Assembly (NCBI GenBank): GCA_046563655.1
Contig: CM102284.1
Coordinates: 7,812,001-7,876,000, forward strand
DNA: 64,000 bases
DNA from: Yuukianura sp. NJ FZ-2021
Lineage: Eukaryota
Direction: 5' to 3'
Shown piece after piece: positions 1 to 12,100 of this stretch. The notes beneath the pieces were generated by a model, which did no database searches, was not told where the DNA came from, and saw only the letters and a program-made list of their open reading frames with translations. Position 1 is the first letter of the stretch, and the number at the start of each line of letters is the position of its first letter. Made by a program: the position numbers and the translations under genes.

Positions 1-388
1 AGCCCATCTGAAGTAAACCAAGCTCAATTTGTGTCAAAAAATTCATGTTTTTCATAGAAAACTCCCAAAAAGTCATTCTGAGCTTTCTGAGAACTGAAAA
101 TTGCACTCCGATATGTTGCCTCGGAAAGCCCATCTGAAATGAACCAAGCTCAATTTTTGCCAACAAATTCATGTTTTTCATACAAAACTCCCCAAAAAGT
201 CATTCTGAGCTTTCTGAGAACTGAAAATTGCACTCCGATATTTTGCCTCGGAAAGCCCATCTGAAGTAAACCAAGCTCAATTTGTGTCAAAAAATTCATG
301 TTTTTCATACAAAACTCCCAAAAAGTCATTCTGAGCTTTCTGAGAACTGAAAATTGCACTCCGATATGTTGCCTCGGAAAGCCCATCT
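1..388 (-). repeat. Inverted-orientation satellite block (~3 monomers, runs off the left edge)
   Basis: Reverse complement of the monomer; switches to forward orientation at ...GCCCA(TCT)CAGAAAG..., with TCT at 386-388 shared by both orientations. Confidence 0.95.
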
Positions 389-3015
389 CAGAAAGCTCAG
401 AATGACTTTTTGGGGAGTTTTGTATGAAAAACATGAATTTGTTGGCAAAAATTGAGCTTGGTTCATTTCAGATGGGCTTTCCGAGGCAACATATCGGAGT
501 GCAATTTTCAGTTCTCAGAAAGCTCAGAATGACTTTTTGGGGAGTTTTCAATGAAAAAAATGAATTTTTTGACAAAAATTGAGCTTGGTTCACTTCAGAT
601 GGGCTTCCCGAGGCAAAATATCGGAGTGCAATTTTCAGTTCTCAGAAAGCTCAGAATGACTTTTTGGGGAGTTTTGTATGAAAAACATGAATTTGTTGGC
701 AAAAATTGAGCTTGGTTCACTTCAGATGGGCGTTCAGAGACAAAATATCGGAGTGCAATTTTCAGTTCTCAGAAAGCTCAGAATGACTTTTTAGGGAGTT
801 TTGTATGAAAAAAAATGAATTTTTTGACAAAAATTGAGCTTGGTTCACTTCAGATGGGCTTCCCGAGGCAACATATCGGAGTGCAATTTTCAGTTCTCAG
901 AAAGCTCAGAATGACTTTTTGGGGAGTTTTGTATGAAAAACATGAATTTGTTGGCAAAAATTGAGCTTGGTTCATTTCAGATGGGCTTTCCGAGGCAACA
1001 TATCGGAGTGCAATTTTCAGTTCTCAGAAAGCTCAGAATGACTTTTTGAGGAGTTTTGAATGAAAAAATGAATTTTTTGACAAAAATTGAGCTTGGTTCA
1101 CTTATGGGCTCTCCGAAGCAAAATATTGGAGTGCAATTTTCAGTTCTCAGAAAGCTCAGAATGACTTTTTGAGGAGTTTTGTATGAAAAAAATGAATTTT
1201 TTGACAAAAATTGAGCTTGGTTCACTTCAGATGGGCTTCCCGAGGCAAAATATCGGAGTGCAATTCTCAGTTCTCAGAAAGCTCAGAATGACTTTTTGGG
1301 GAGTTTTGTATGAAAAAATGAATTTTTTGACAAAAATTGAGCTTGGTTTACTTCAGATGGGCTTTCCGTGGCAAAATATCGGAGTGCAATTTTCAGTACT
1401 CAGAAAGCTCAGAATGAATTTTTGGGGAGTTTTGTATGAAAAAAATGAATTTTTTGACAAAAATTGAGCTTGGTTCACTTCAGATGGGCGTTCAGAGACA
1501 AAATATCGGAGTGCAATTTTCAGTTCTCAGAAAGCTCAGAATGACTTTTTAGGGAGTTTTGTATGAAAAAAATGAATTTTTTGACAAAAATTGAGCTTGG
1601 TTCACTTCAGATGGGCTTCCGAGGCAAAATATCGGAGTGCAATTTTCAGTTCTCAGAAAGCTCAGAATGACTTTTTGGGGAGTTTTGTATGAAAAACATG
1701 AATTTGTTGGCAAAAATTGAGCTTGGTTCATTTCAGATGGGCTTTCCGAGGCAACATATCGGAGTGCAATTTTCAGTTCTCAGAAAGCTCAGAATGACTT
1801 TTTGGGGAGTTTTCAATGAAAAAAATGAATTTTTTGACAAAAATTGAGCTTGGTTCACTTCAGATGGGCTTCCCGAGGCAAAATATCGGAGTGCAATTTT
1901 CAGTTCTCAGAAAGCTCAGAATGACTTTTTGGGGAGTTTTGTATGAAAAAATGAATTTTTTGACAAAAATTGAGCTTAGTTCATTTCAGATGGGCTTTCC
2001 GAGGCAACATATCGGAGTGCAATTTTCAGTTCTCAGAAAGCTCAGAATGACTTTTTGGGGAGTTTTGTATGAAAAAATGAATTTTTTGACAAAAATTGAG
2101 CTTGGTTCATTTCAGATGGGCTTTCCGAGGCAACATATCGGAGTGCAATTTTCAGTTCTCAGAAAGCTCAGAATGACTTTTTGGGGAGTTTTGTATGAAA
2201 AACATGAATTTGTTGGCAAAAATTGAGCTTGGTTCATTTCAGATGGGCTTTCCGAGGCAACATATCGGAGTGCAATTTTCAGTTCTCAGAAAGCTCAGAA
2301 TGACTTTTTGGGAGTTTTGTATGAAAAACATGAATTTTTTGACACAAATTGAGCTTGGTTTACTTCAGATGGGCTTTCCGTGGCAAAATATCGGAGTGCA
2401 ATTTTCAGTACTCAGAAAGCTCAGAATGAATTTTTGGGGAGTTTTGTATGAAAAAAATGAATTTTTTGACAAAAATTGAGCTTGGTTCACTTCAGATGGG
2501 CGTTCAGAGACAAAATATCGGAGTGCAATTTTCAGTTCTCAGAAAGCTCAGAATGACTTTTTAGGGAGTTTTGTATGAAAAAATGAATTTTTTGACAAAA
2601 ATTGAGCTTGGTTCACTTCAGATGGGCTTCCGAGGCAACATATCGGAGTGCAATTTTCAGTTCTCAGAAAGCTCAGAATGACTTTTTGGGGAGTTTTGTA
2701 TGAAAAACATGAATTTGTTGGCAAAAATTGAGCTTGGTTCATTTCAGATGGGCTTTCCGAGGCAAAATATCGGAGTGCAATTTTCAGTTCTCAGAAAGCT
2801 CAGAATGACTTTTTGGGGAGTTTTCAATGAAAAAAATGAATTTTTTGACAAAAATTGAGCTTGGTTCACTTCAGATGGGCTTCCCGAGGCAAAATATCGG
2901 AGTGCAATTTTCAGTTCTCAGAAAGCTCAGAATGACTTTTTGGGGAGTTTTCAATGAAAAAAATGAATTTTTTGACAAAAATTGAGCTTGGTTCACTTCA
3001 GATGGGCTTCCCGAG

Positions 3016-3885
3016 GCGGATGACAACACACTAGTGGTTAAAGGGGACCCGAACAACATCCGTGACTTTCAAACAAAAGTAGAAACCTGCTCATCATTTA
3101 TAGCGGAATGGATGTCAAAAAACAAATTCACATTACATCCAGAAAAAACTAGCATAATGGTCATTGCAAAACCGAAAATTAAGAAATTCGTCGAGGGCTT
3201 GGAATTTACGATCCAGAATGTAAAGCTTAAAACAACCAAATCCATAATCAGCCTGGGACTAACCATAGATGAAGAACTTAGCTGGGACAAACACATCCAC
3301 CAAGCCTACAGAAAATGCTTCAGTGTTATTGTCTCCCTATACCCTCTACAGGATTTACTCTCTATGCAGAACCGTAAAATACTAATGATGTCTTACGTCC
3401 TGTCAAAAATCTCCTACATGTCGGAGATATGGGGAACTGCAAAAAAACAATCATTGCTGATCTTTGAAAACGTCATCAGAAGCGCTGGCCGATTCACACT
3501 GAAGAAGAAAAAATTCGACAAAATCAAGCTGCAAATTACAAATGAACTTAAGTGGCTATTTCCCAGTCAACTTCACGAATTCAAGGTTCTCATACTCGCA
3601 TTCGACATCCAAGCAGCTAAGTGCCCACCATATTTCACCGATTATCTTCGACACAATGAGGCAAGTACATTTGCCACTCGTTCCGGAGCATACTCCAAAT
3701 ATTTACACACTCGATCTTTCAAATCAAAAGCTGCTAAGCTATGGTATCGCTTGCCGGAAGACATTGCAGAAATTACACTCAAAAATAAATTTAAAAGCTC
3801 ACTCAGATCACACCTTCTCTCAACTCAAGAAAAAGATGTTACACTTAAAGAGCAAGAAGCAAATCCGAAGCGAAGATTCATCTAA
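3016..3885 (+). pseudogene. C-terminal fragment of LINE ORF2 reverse transcriptase (from ADD of the YADD box through the thumb/C-terminal region)
   Basis: In frame: A-D-D-N-T-L-V-V-K..., WMSKNKFTLHPEKT (W..N.L.LN..KT), SLGLTIDEELSWDKHI (LG..ID..LSW..HI), KLWYRLPEDI...FKSSLRSHL (LWN.LP...FK..L). These are hallmark non-LTR RT motifs; there is no ATG start. Confidence 0.9.
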
Positions 3886-4710
3886 GACACAACGTTTTCA
3901 TTATACGCGATAGTGTACTCAGGCGAAAAGATAGTGTTGTCATGTTAAAATATAATGTTTCCATGCTACGAAATAGTGTTGTCATTTTAAAACATAGTGT
4001 TGTCATACTACGAGATAGTGTTGTAATGCTACGAGATAGTGTTGTCATGCTAAGACATAGTGTTGTCATGCTACGAGATAATGTTATCATGCTACGAGAT
4101 AGTGTTGTCATGCTAAGACATAGTGTTGTCATGCTAAGACATAGTGTTGTCATGCTACGAGATAATGTTATCATGCTACGAGATAGTGTTGTCATGCTAA
4201 GACGTAGTGTTGTCATGCTACGAGATAGTGTTGTCATGCTACGAGATAGTGTGGTCATGCTACGAGATAGTGTGGTCATGTTAAGATATAGTGTTGTCAT
4301 GCTACGAGAAAGTGCTATAATGCTAAAGTATACTATTGAAAGCTAAGGGTCAATATATGCGCAGTTATGTCATCATATAGGATTGCCATGTAAATAATTC
4401 TCCATGGCGTAATTAATCAAAGGTGTAATAGCATAATATTAGTAATCAGCTAAGAATACATAATGAACTCAATAATAATTTTAGTACATTAACTTAAAAA
4501 ACTAGCAACTAGTATTATAATAATATTTTAATCATTTAAACATTTAGTTTAACTTCAATCACTTCAAAGATCTCTTCACAACCTCAATTTTTCAATCTCA
4601 ACTCACTTAACAAGAACTGTGTTTTGTAACCTTATTCAACTATACACAACGTTTGTTTTGAAAAACCTATCTGGAATGGGATAAATAAACGAAATAATAA
4701 TAATAATAAT
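3018..4710 (+). mobile_element. 5'-truncated non-LTR retrotransposon (LINE, CR1/L2-group-like), copy 1
   Basis: Interrupts a monomer between CCGAGGC (3017) and AAAATATCGG (4711). Encodes an RT C-terminus; the long 3' UTR has AATAAA (4684-4689) and an (AAT)6 tail; no obvious TSD. Confidence 0.92.
3908..4330 (+). repeat. 21-bp minisatellite in the LINE 3' UTR (~20 units, consensus GATAGTGTTGTCATGCTACGA)
   Basis: Direct tandem repetition seen in the sequence; the edge units are degenerate. Confidence 0.95.
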
Positions 4711-5077
4711 AAAATATCGGAGTGCAATTTTCAGTTCTCAGAAAGCTCAGAATGACTTTTTGGGGAGTTTTGAATGAAAAAAATGAATTTTTTGACAAAA
4801 ATTGAGCTTGGTTCACTTCAGATGGGCTTTCCGAGGCAAAATATCGGAGTGCAATTTTCAGTTCTCAGAAAGCTCAGAATGACTTTTTGGGGAGTTTTCA
4901 ATGAAACAAATGAATTTTTTGACAAAAATTGAGCTTGGTTCACTTCAGATGGGCTTCCCGAGGCAAAATATCGGAGTGCAATTTTCAGTTCTCAGAAAGC
5001 TCAGAATGACTTTTTGGGGAGTTTTGTATGAAAAACATGAATTTGTTGGCAAAAATTGAGCTTGGTTCATTTCTCCT

Positions 5078-5535
5078 CAAACTCCCCAAAAGTCATTCTG
5101 AGCTTTCTGAGAACTGAAAATTGCACTCCGATATTTTGCCTCGGAAAGCCCATCTGAAGTGAACCAAGCTCAATTTTTGTCAAAAAATTCAATTTTTTCA
5201 TTCAAAACTCCCCAAAAAGTCATTCTGAGCTTTCTGAGAACTGAAAATTGCACTCCGATATTTTGCCTCGGAAAGCCCATCTGAAGTGAACCAAGCTCAA
5301 TTTTTGTCAAAAAATTCATTTTTTTCATTCAAAACTCCCCAAAAAGTCATTCTGAGCTTTCTGAGAACTGAAAATTGCACTCCGATATTTTGCCTCGGAA
5401 AGCCCATCTGAAGTGAACCAAGCTCAATTTTTGTCAAAAAATTCATGTTTTTCATACAAAACTCCCAAAAAGTCATTCTGAGCTTTCTGAGAACTGAAAA
5501 TTGCACTCCGATATGTTGCCTCGGAAAGCCCATCT
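5078..5535 (-). repeat. Inverted-orientation satellite block (~3.6 monomers)
   Basis: The forward monomer stops at CTTGGTTCATTTC (5073), then a TCCT filler, then reverse-complement monomers up to GCCCA(TCT)CAGAAAG at 5533-5535. Confidence 0.95.
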
Positions 5536-7414
5536 CAGAAAGCTCAGAATGACTTTTTGGGGAGTTTTGAATGAAAAAAAATGAATTTTTTGACAAAAAT
5601 TGAGCTTGGTTCACTTCAGATGGGCTTTCCGAGGCAAAATATCGGAGTGCAATTTTCAGTTCTCAGAAAGCTCAGAATGACTTTTTGGGGAGTTTTGAAT
5701 GAAAAAAATTAATTTTTTGACAAAAATTGAGCTTGGTTCACTTCAGATGGGCTTTCCGAGGCAAAATATCGGAGTGCAATTTTCAGTTCTCAGAAAGCTC
5801 AGAATGACTTTTTGGGGAGTCTTGAATGAAAAAAATGAATTTTTTGACAAAAATTGAGCTTGGTTCACTTCAGATGGGCGTTCAGAGACAAAATATCGGA
5901 GTGCAATTTTCAGTTCTCAGAAAGCTCAGAATGACTTTTTGGGGAGTTTTGTATGAAAAAAATGAATTTTTTGACAAAAATTGAGCTTGGTTCACTTCAG
6001 ATGGGCTTCCCGAGGCAACATATCGGAGTGCAATTTTCAGTTCTCAGAAAGCTCAGAATGACTTTTTGGGGAGTTTTGTATGAAAAACATGAATTTGTTG
6101 GCAAAAATTGAGCTTGGTTCATTTCAGATGGGCTTTCCGAGGCAACATATCGGAGTGCAATTTTCAGTTCTCAGAAAGCTCAGAATGACTTTTTGAGGAG
6201 TTTTGTATGAAAAAAAAATGAATTTTTTGACAAAAATTGAGCTTGGTTCATTTCACATGGGCTTTCCGAGGCAACATATCGGAGTGCAATTTTCAGTTCT
6301 CAGAAAGCTCAGAATGACTTTTTGAGGAGTTTTGTATGAAAAAAATGAATTTTTTGACAAAAATTGAGCTTGGTTCACTTCAGATGGGCTTCCCGAGGCA
6401 AAATATCGGAGTGCAATTTTCAGTTCTCAGAAAGCTCAGAATGACTTTTTGGGGAGTTTTGTATGAAAAAAAATGAATTTTTTGACAAAAATTGAGCTTG
6501 GTTCATTTCAGATGGGCTTTCCGAGGCAACATATCGGAGTGCAATTTTCAGTTCTCAGAAAGCTCAGAATGACTTTTTGGGGAGTTTTGTATGAAAAACA
6601 TGAATTTGTTGGCAAAAATTGAGCTTGGTTCATTTCAGATGGGCTTTCCGAGGCAACATATCGGAGTGCAATTTTCAGTTCTCAGAAAGCTCAGAATGAC
6701 TTTTTGGGAGTTTTGTATGAAAAACATGAATTTTTTGACACAAATTGAGCTTGGTTTACTTCAGATGGGCTTTCCGTGGCAAAATATCGGAGTGCAATTT
6801 TCAGTACTCAGAAAGCTCAGAATGAATTTTTGGGGAGTTTTGTATGAAAAAAATGAATTTTTTGACAAAAATTGAGCTTGGTTCACTTCAGATGGGCGTT
6901 CAGAGACAAAATATCGGAGTGCAATTTTCAGTTCTCAGAAAGCTCAGAATGACTTTTTAGGGAGTTTTGTATGAAAAAAAATGAATTTTTTGACAAAAAT
7001 TGAGCTTGGTTCACTTCAGATGGGCTTCCCGAGGCAACATATCGGAGTGCAATTTTCAGTTCTCAGAAAGCTCAGAATGACTTTTTGGGGAGTTTTGTAT
7101 GAAAAACATGAATTTGTTGGCAAAAATTGAGCTTGGTTCATTTCAGATGGGCTTTCCGAGGCAAAATATCGGAGTGCAATTTTCAGTTCTCAGAAAGCTC
7201 AGAATGACTTTTTGGGGAGTTTTCAATGAAAAAAATGAATTTTTTGACAAAAATTGAGCTTGGTTCACTTCAGATGGGCTTCCCGAGGCAAAATATCGGA
7301 GTGCAATTTTCAGTTCTCAGAAAGCTCAGAATGACTTTTTGGGGAGTTTTCAATGAAAAAAATGAATTTTTTGACAAAAATTGAGCTTGGTTCACTTCAG
7401 ATGGGCTTCCCGAG

Positions 7415-8284
7415 GCGGATGACAACACACTAGTGGTTAAAGGGGACCCGAACAACATCCGTGACTTTCAAACAAAAGTAGAAACCTGCTCATCATTTAT
7501 AGCGGAATGGATGTCAAAAAACAAATTCACATTACATCCAGAAAAAACTAGCATAATGGTCATTGCAAAACCGAAAATTAAGAAATTCGTCGAGGGCTTG
7601 GAATTTACGATCCAGAATGTAAAGCTTAAAACAACCAAATCCATAATCAGCCTGGGACTAACCATAGATGAAGAACTTAGCTGGGACAAACACATCCACC
7701 AAACCTACAGAAAATGCTTCAGTGTTATTGTCTCCCTATACCCTCTACAGGATTTACTCTCTATGCAGAACCGTAAAATACTAATGATGTCTTACGTCCT
7801 GTCAAAAATCTCCTACATGTCGGAGATATGGGGAACTGCAAAAAAACAATCATTGCTGATCTTTGAAAACGTCATCAGAAGCGCTGGCCGATTCACACTG
7901 AAGAAGAAAAAATTCGACAAAATCAAGCTGCAAATTACAAATGAACTTAAGTGGCTATTTCCCAGTCAACTTCACGAATTCAAGGTTCTCATACTCGCAT
8001 TCGACATCCAAGCAGCTAAGTGCCCACCATATTTCACCGATTATCTTCGACACAATGAGGCAAGTACATTTGCCACTCGTTCCGGAGCATACTCCAAATA
8101 TTTACACACTCGATCTTTCAAATCAAAAGCTGCTAAGCTATGGTATCGCTTGCCGGAAGACATTGCAGAAATTACACTCAAAAATAAATTTAAAAGCTCA
8201 CTCAGATCACACCTTCTCTCAACTCAAGAAAAAGATGTTACACTTAAAGAGCAAGAAGCAAATCCGAAGCGAAGATTCATCTAA
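7415..8284 (+). pseudogene. C-terminal fragment of LINE reverse transcriptase, copy 2
   Basis: Protein identical to copy 1 except HQAY vs HQTY. Confidence 0.9.
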
Positions 8285-9109
8285 GACACAACGTTTTCAT
8301 TATACGCGATAGTGTACTCAGGCGAAAAGATAGTGTTGTCATGTTAAAATATAATGTTTCCATGCTACGAAATAGTGTTGTCATTTTAAAACATAGTGTT
8401 GTCATACTACGAGATAGTGTTGTAATGCTACGAGATAGTGTTGTCATGCTAAGACATAGTGTTGTCATGCTACGAGATAATGTTATCATGCTACGAGATA
8501 GTGTTGTCATGCTAAGACATAGTGTTGTCATGCTAAGACATAGTGTTGTCATGCTACGAGATAATGTTATCATGCTACGAGATAGTGTTGTCATGCTAAG
8601 ACGTAGTGTTGTCATGCTACGAGATAGTGTTGTCATGCTACGAGATAGTGTGGTCATGCTACGAGATAGTGTGGTCATGTTAAGATATAGTGTTGTCATG
8701 CTACGAGAAAGTGCTATAATGCTAAAGTATACTATTGAAAGCTAAGGGTCAATATATGCGCAGTTATGTCATCATATAGGATTGCCATGTAAATAATTCT
8801 CCTTGGCGTAATTAATCAAAGGTGTAATAGCATAATATTAGTAATCAGCTAAGAATACATAATGAACTCAATAATAATTTTAGTACATTAACTTAAAAAA
8901 CTAGCAACTAGTATTATAATAATATTTTAATCATTTAAACATTTAGTTTAACTTCAATCACTTCAAAGATCTCTTCACAACCTCAATTTTTCAATCTCAA
9001 CTCACTTAACAAGAACTGTGTTTTGTAACCTTATTCAACTATACACAACGTTTGTTTTGAAAAACCTATCTGGAATGGGATAAATAAACGAAATAATAAT
9101 AATAATAAT
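7417..9109 (+). mobile_element. 5'-truncated LINE, copy 2 (duplicate of 3018-4710, offset 4399 bp)
   Basis: Same 5' truncation, same satellite insertion point, same tail; only two differences noticed (G3304/A7703, A4404/T8803). Confidence 0.92.
8307..8729 (+). repeat. 21-bp minisatellite in the LINE copy 2 3' UTR
   Basis: Same unit order as 3908-4330. Confidence 0.95.
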
Positions 9110-12100
9110 AAAATATCGGAGTGCAATTTTCAGTTCTCAGAAAGCTCAGAATGACTTTTTGGGGAGTTTTGTATGAAAAAAATGAATTTTTTGACAAAAA
9201 TTGAGCTTGGTTCATTTCAGATGGGCTTTCCGAGGCAAAATATCGGAGTGCAATTTTCAGTTCTCAGAAAGCTCAGAATGACTTTTTAGGGAGTTTTGTA
9301 TGAAAAAAATGAATTTGTTGGCAAAAATTGAGCTTGGTTCATTTCAGATGGGCTTCCCGAGGCAACATATCGGAGTGCAATTTTCAGTTCTCAGAAAGCT
9401 CAGAATGACTTTTTGGGGAGTTTTGTATGAAAAACATGAATTTTTTGACACAAATTGAGCTTGGGTCACTTCAGATGGGCGTTCAGAGACAAAATATCGG
9501 AGTGCAATTTTCAGTTCTCAGAAAGCTCAGAATGACATTTTAGGGAGTTTTGTATGAAAAAAAATGAATTTTTTGACAAAAATTGAGCTTGGTTCACTTC
9601 AGATGGGCTTCCCGAGGCAACATATCGGAGTGCAATTCTCAGTTCTCAGAAAGCTCAGAATGACTTTTTAGGGAGTTTTGTATGAAAAAAAATGAATTTT
9701 TTGACAAAAATTGAGCTTGGTTCACTTCAGATGGGCTTCCCGAGGCAACATATCGGAGTGCAATTTTCAGTTCTCAGAAAGCTCAGAATGACTACTTAGG
9801 GAGTTTTGTATGAAAAAAAATGAATTTGTTTGCAAAAATTGAGCTTGGTTCACTTCAGATGGGCTTTCCGAGGCAAAATATCGGAGTGCAATTTTCAGTT
9901 CTCAGAAAGCTCAGAATGAATTTTTGGGGAGTTTTGTATGAAAAAAAATGAATTTTTTGACAAAAATTGAGCTTGGTTCATTTCAGATGGGCTTTCCGAG
10001 GCAACATATCGGAGTGCAATTTTCAGTTCTCAGAAAGCTCAGAGTGACTTTTCGGGGAGTTTTGTATGAAAAAAATGAATTTTTTGACAAAAATTGAGCT
10101 TGGTTCACTTCAGATGGGCTTCCCGAGGCAAAATATCGGTGTGCAATTTTCAGTTCTCAGAAAGCTGAGAATGACTTTTTGGGGAGTTTTGTATGAAAAA
10201 ATGAATTTTTTGACAAAAATTGAGCTTAGTTCATTTCAGATGGGCTTTCCGAGGCAACATATCGGATTGCAATTTTCAGTTCTCAGAAAGCTCAGAATGA
10301 CTTTTTGGGGAGTTTTGTATGAAAAAAAATGAATTTTTTGACAAAAATTGAGCTTGGTTCATTTCAGATGGGCTTTCCGAGGCAACATATCGGAGTGCAA
10401 TTTTCAGTTCTCAGAAAGCTCAGAATGACTTTTTGGGGAGTTTTGTATGAAAAACATGAATTTGTTGGCAAAAATTGAGCTTGGTTCATTTCAGATGGGC
10501 TTTCCGAGGCAACATATCGGAGTGCAATTTTCAGTTCTCAGAAAGCTCAGAATGACTTTTTGGGAGTTTTGTATGAAAAACATGAATTTTTTGACACAAA
10601 TTGAGCTTGGTTCACTTCAGATGGGCTTTCCGAGGCAAAATATCGGAGTGCAATTTTCAGTTCTCAGAAAGCTCAGAATGAATTTTTGGGGAGTTTTGTA
10701 TGAAAAAAAATGAATTTTTTGACAAACATTGAGCTTGGTTCATTTCAGATGGGCTTTCCGAGGCAAAATATCGGAGTGCAATTTTCAGTTCTCAGAAAGC
10801 TCAGAATGACTTTTTGGGGAGTTTTGTATGAAAAAATGAATTTTTTGACTTCGACAAAAATTGAGCTTGTTTCATTTCAGATGGGCTTCCCGAGGCAACA
10901 TATCGGAGTGCAATTTTCAGTTCTCAGAAAGCTCAGAATGACTTTTTGGGGAGTTTTGTATGAAAAACATGAATTTGTTGGCAAAAATTGAGCTTGGTTC
11001 ATTTCAGATGGGCTTTCCGAGGCAACATATCGGAGTGCAATTTTCAGTTCTCTGAAAGCTCAGAATGACTTTTTGGGGAGTTTTGTATGAAAAAAAATGA
11101 ATTTTTTGACAAAAATTGAGCTTGGTTCATTTCACATAGGCTTTCCGAGGCAACATATCGGAGTGCAATTTTCAGTTCTCAGAAAGCTCAGAATGACTTT
11201 TTGGGGAGTTTTGTATGAAAAAATGAATTTTTTGACAAAAATTGAGCTTGGTTCACTTCAGATGGGCGTTCAGAGACAAAATATCGGAGTGCAATTTTCA
11301 GTTCTCAGAAAGCTCAGAATGACTTTTTAGGGAGTTTTGTATGAAAAAAAATGAATTTTTTGACAAAAATTGAGCTTGGTTCACTTCAGATGGGCTTCCC
11401 GAGGCAAAATATCGGAGTGCAATTTTCAGTTCTCAGGAAGCTCAGAATGACTTTTTGGGGAGTTTTGTATGAAAAACATGAATTTGTTGGCAAAAATTGA
11501 GCTTGGTTCACTTCAGATGGGCGTTCAGAGACAAAATATCGGAGTGCAATTTTCAGTTCTCAGAAAGCTCAGAATGACTTTTTGGGGAGTTTTGTATGAA
11601 AAACATGAATTTGTTGGCAAAAATTGAGCTTAGTTCATTTCAGATGGGCTTTCCGAGGCAACATATCGGATTGCAATTTTCAGTTCTCAGAAAGCTCAGA
11701 ATGACTTTTTGGGGAGTTTTGTATGAAAAAAAATGAATTTTTTGACAAAAATTGAGCTTGGTTCATTTCAGATGGGCTTTCCGAGGCAACATATCGGAGT
11801 GCAATTTTCAGTTCTCAGAAAGCTCAGAATGACTTTTTGGGGAGTTTTGTATGAAAAACATGAATTTGTTGGCAAAAATTGAGCTTGGTTCATTTCAGAT
11901 GGGCTTTCCGAGGCAACATATCGGAGTGCAATTTTCAGTTCTCAGAAAGCTCAGAATGACTTTTTGGGAGTTTTGTATGAAAAACATGAATTTTTTGACA
12001 CAAATTGAGCTTGGTTCACTTCAGATGGGCTTTCCGAGGCAAAATATCGGAGTGCAATTTTCAGTTCTCAGAAAGCTCAGAATGAATTTTTGGGGAGTTT

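Noticed and set aside
3878-4346. Repeat proteins (SVVMLRD)n / (MTTLSRS)n, also at 8277-8745
   Set aside because: By-product of a 21-bp minisatellite in a LINE UTR; open on both strands, with no independent evidence of translation.
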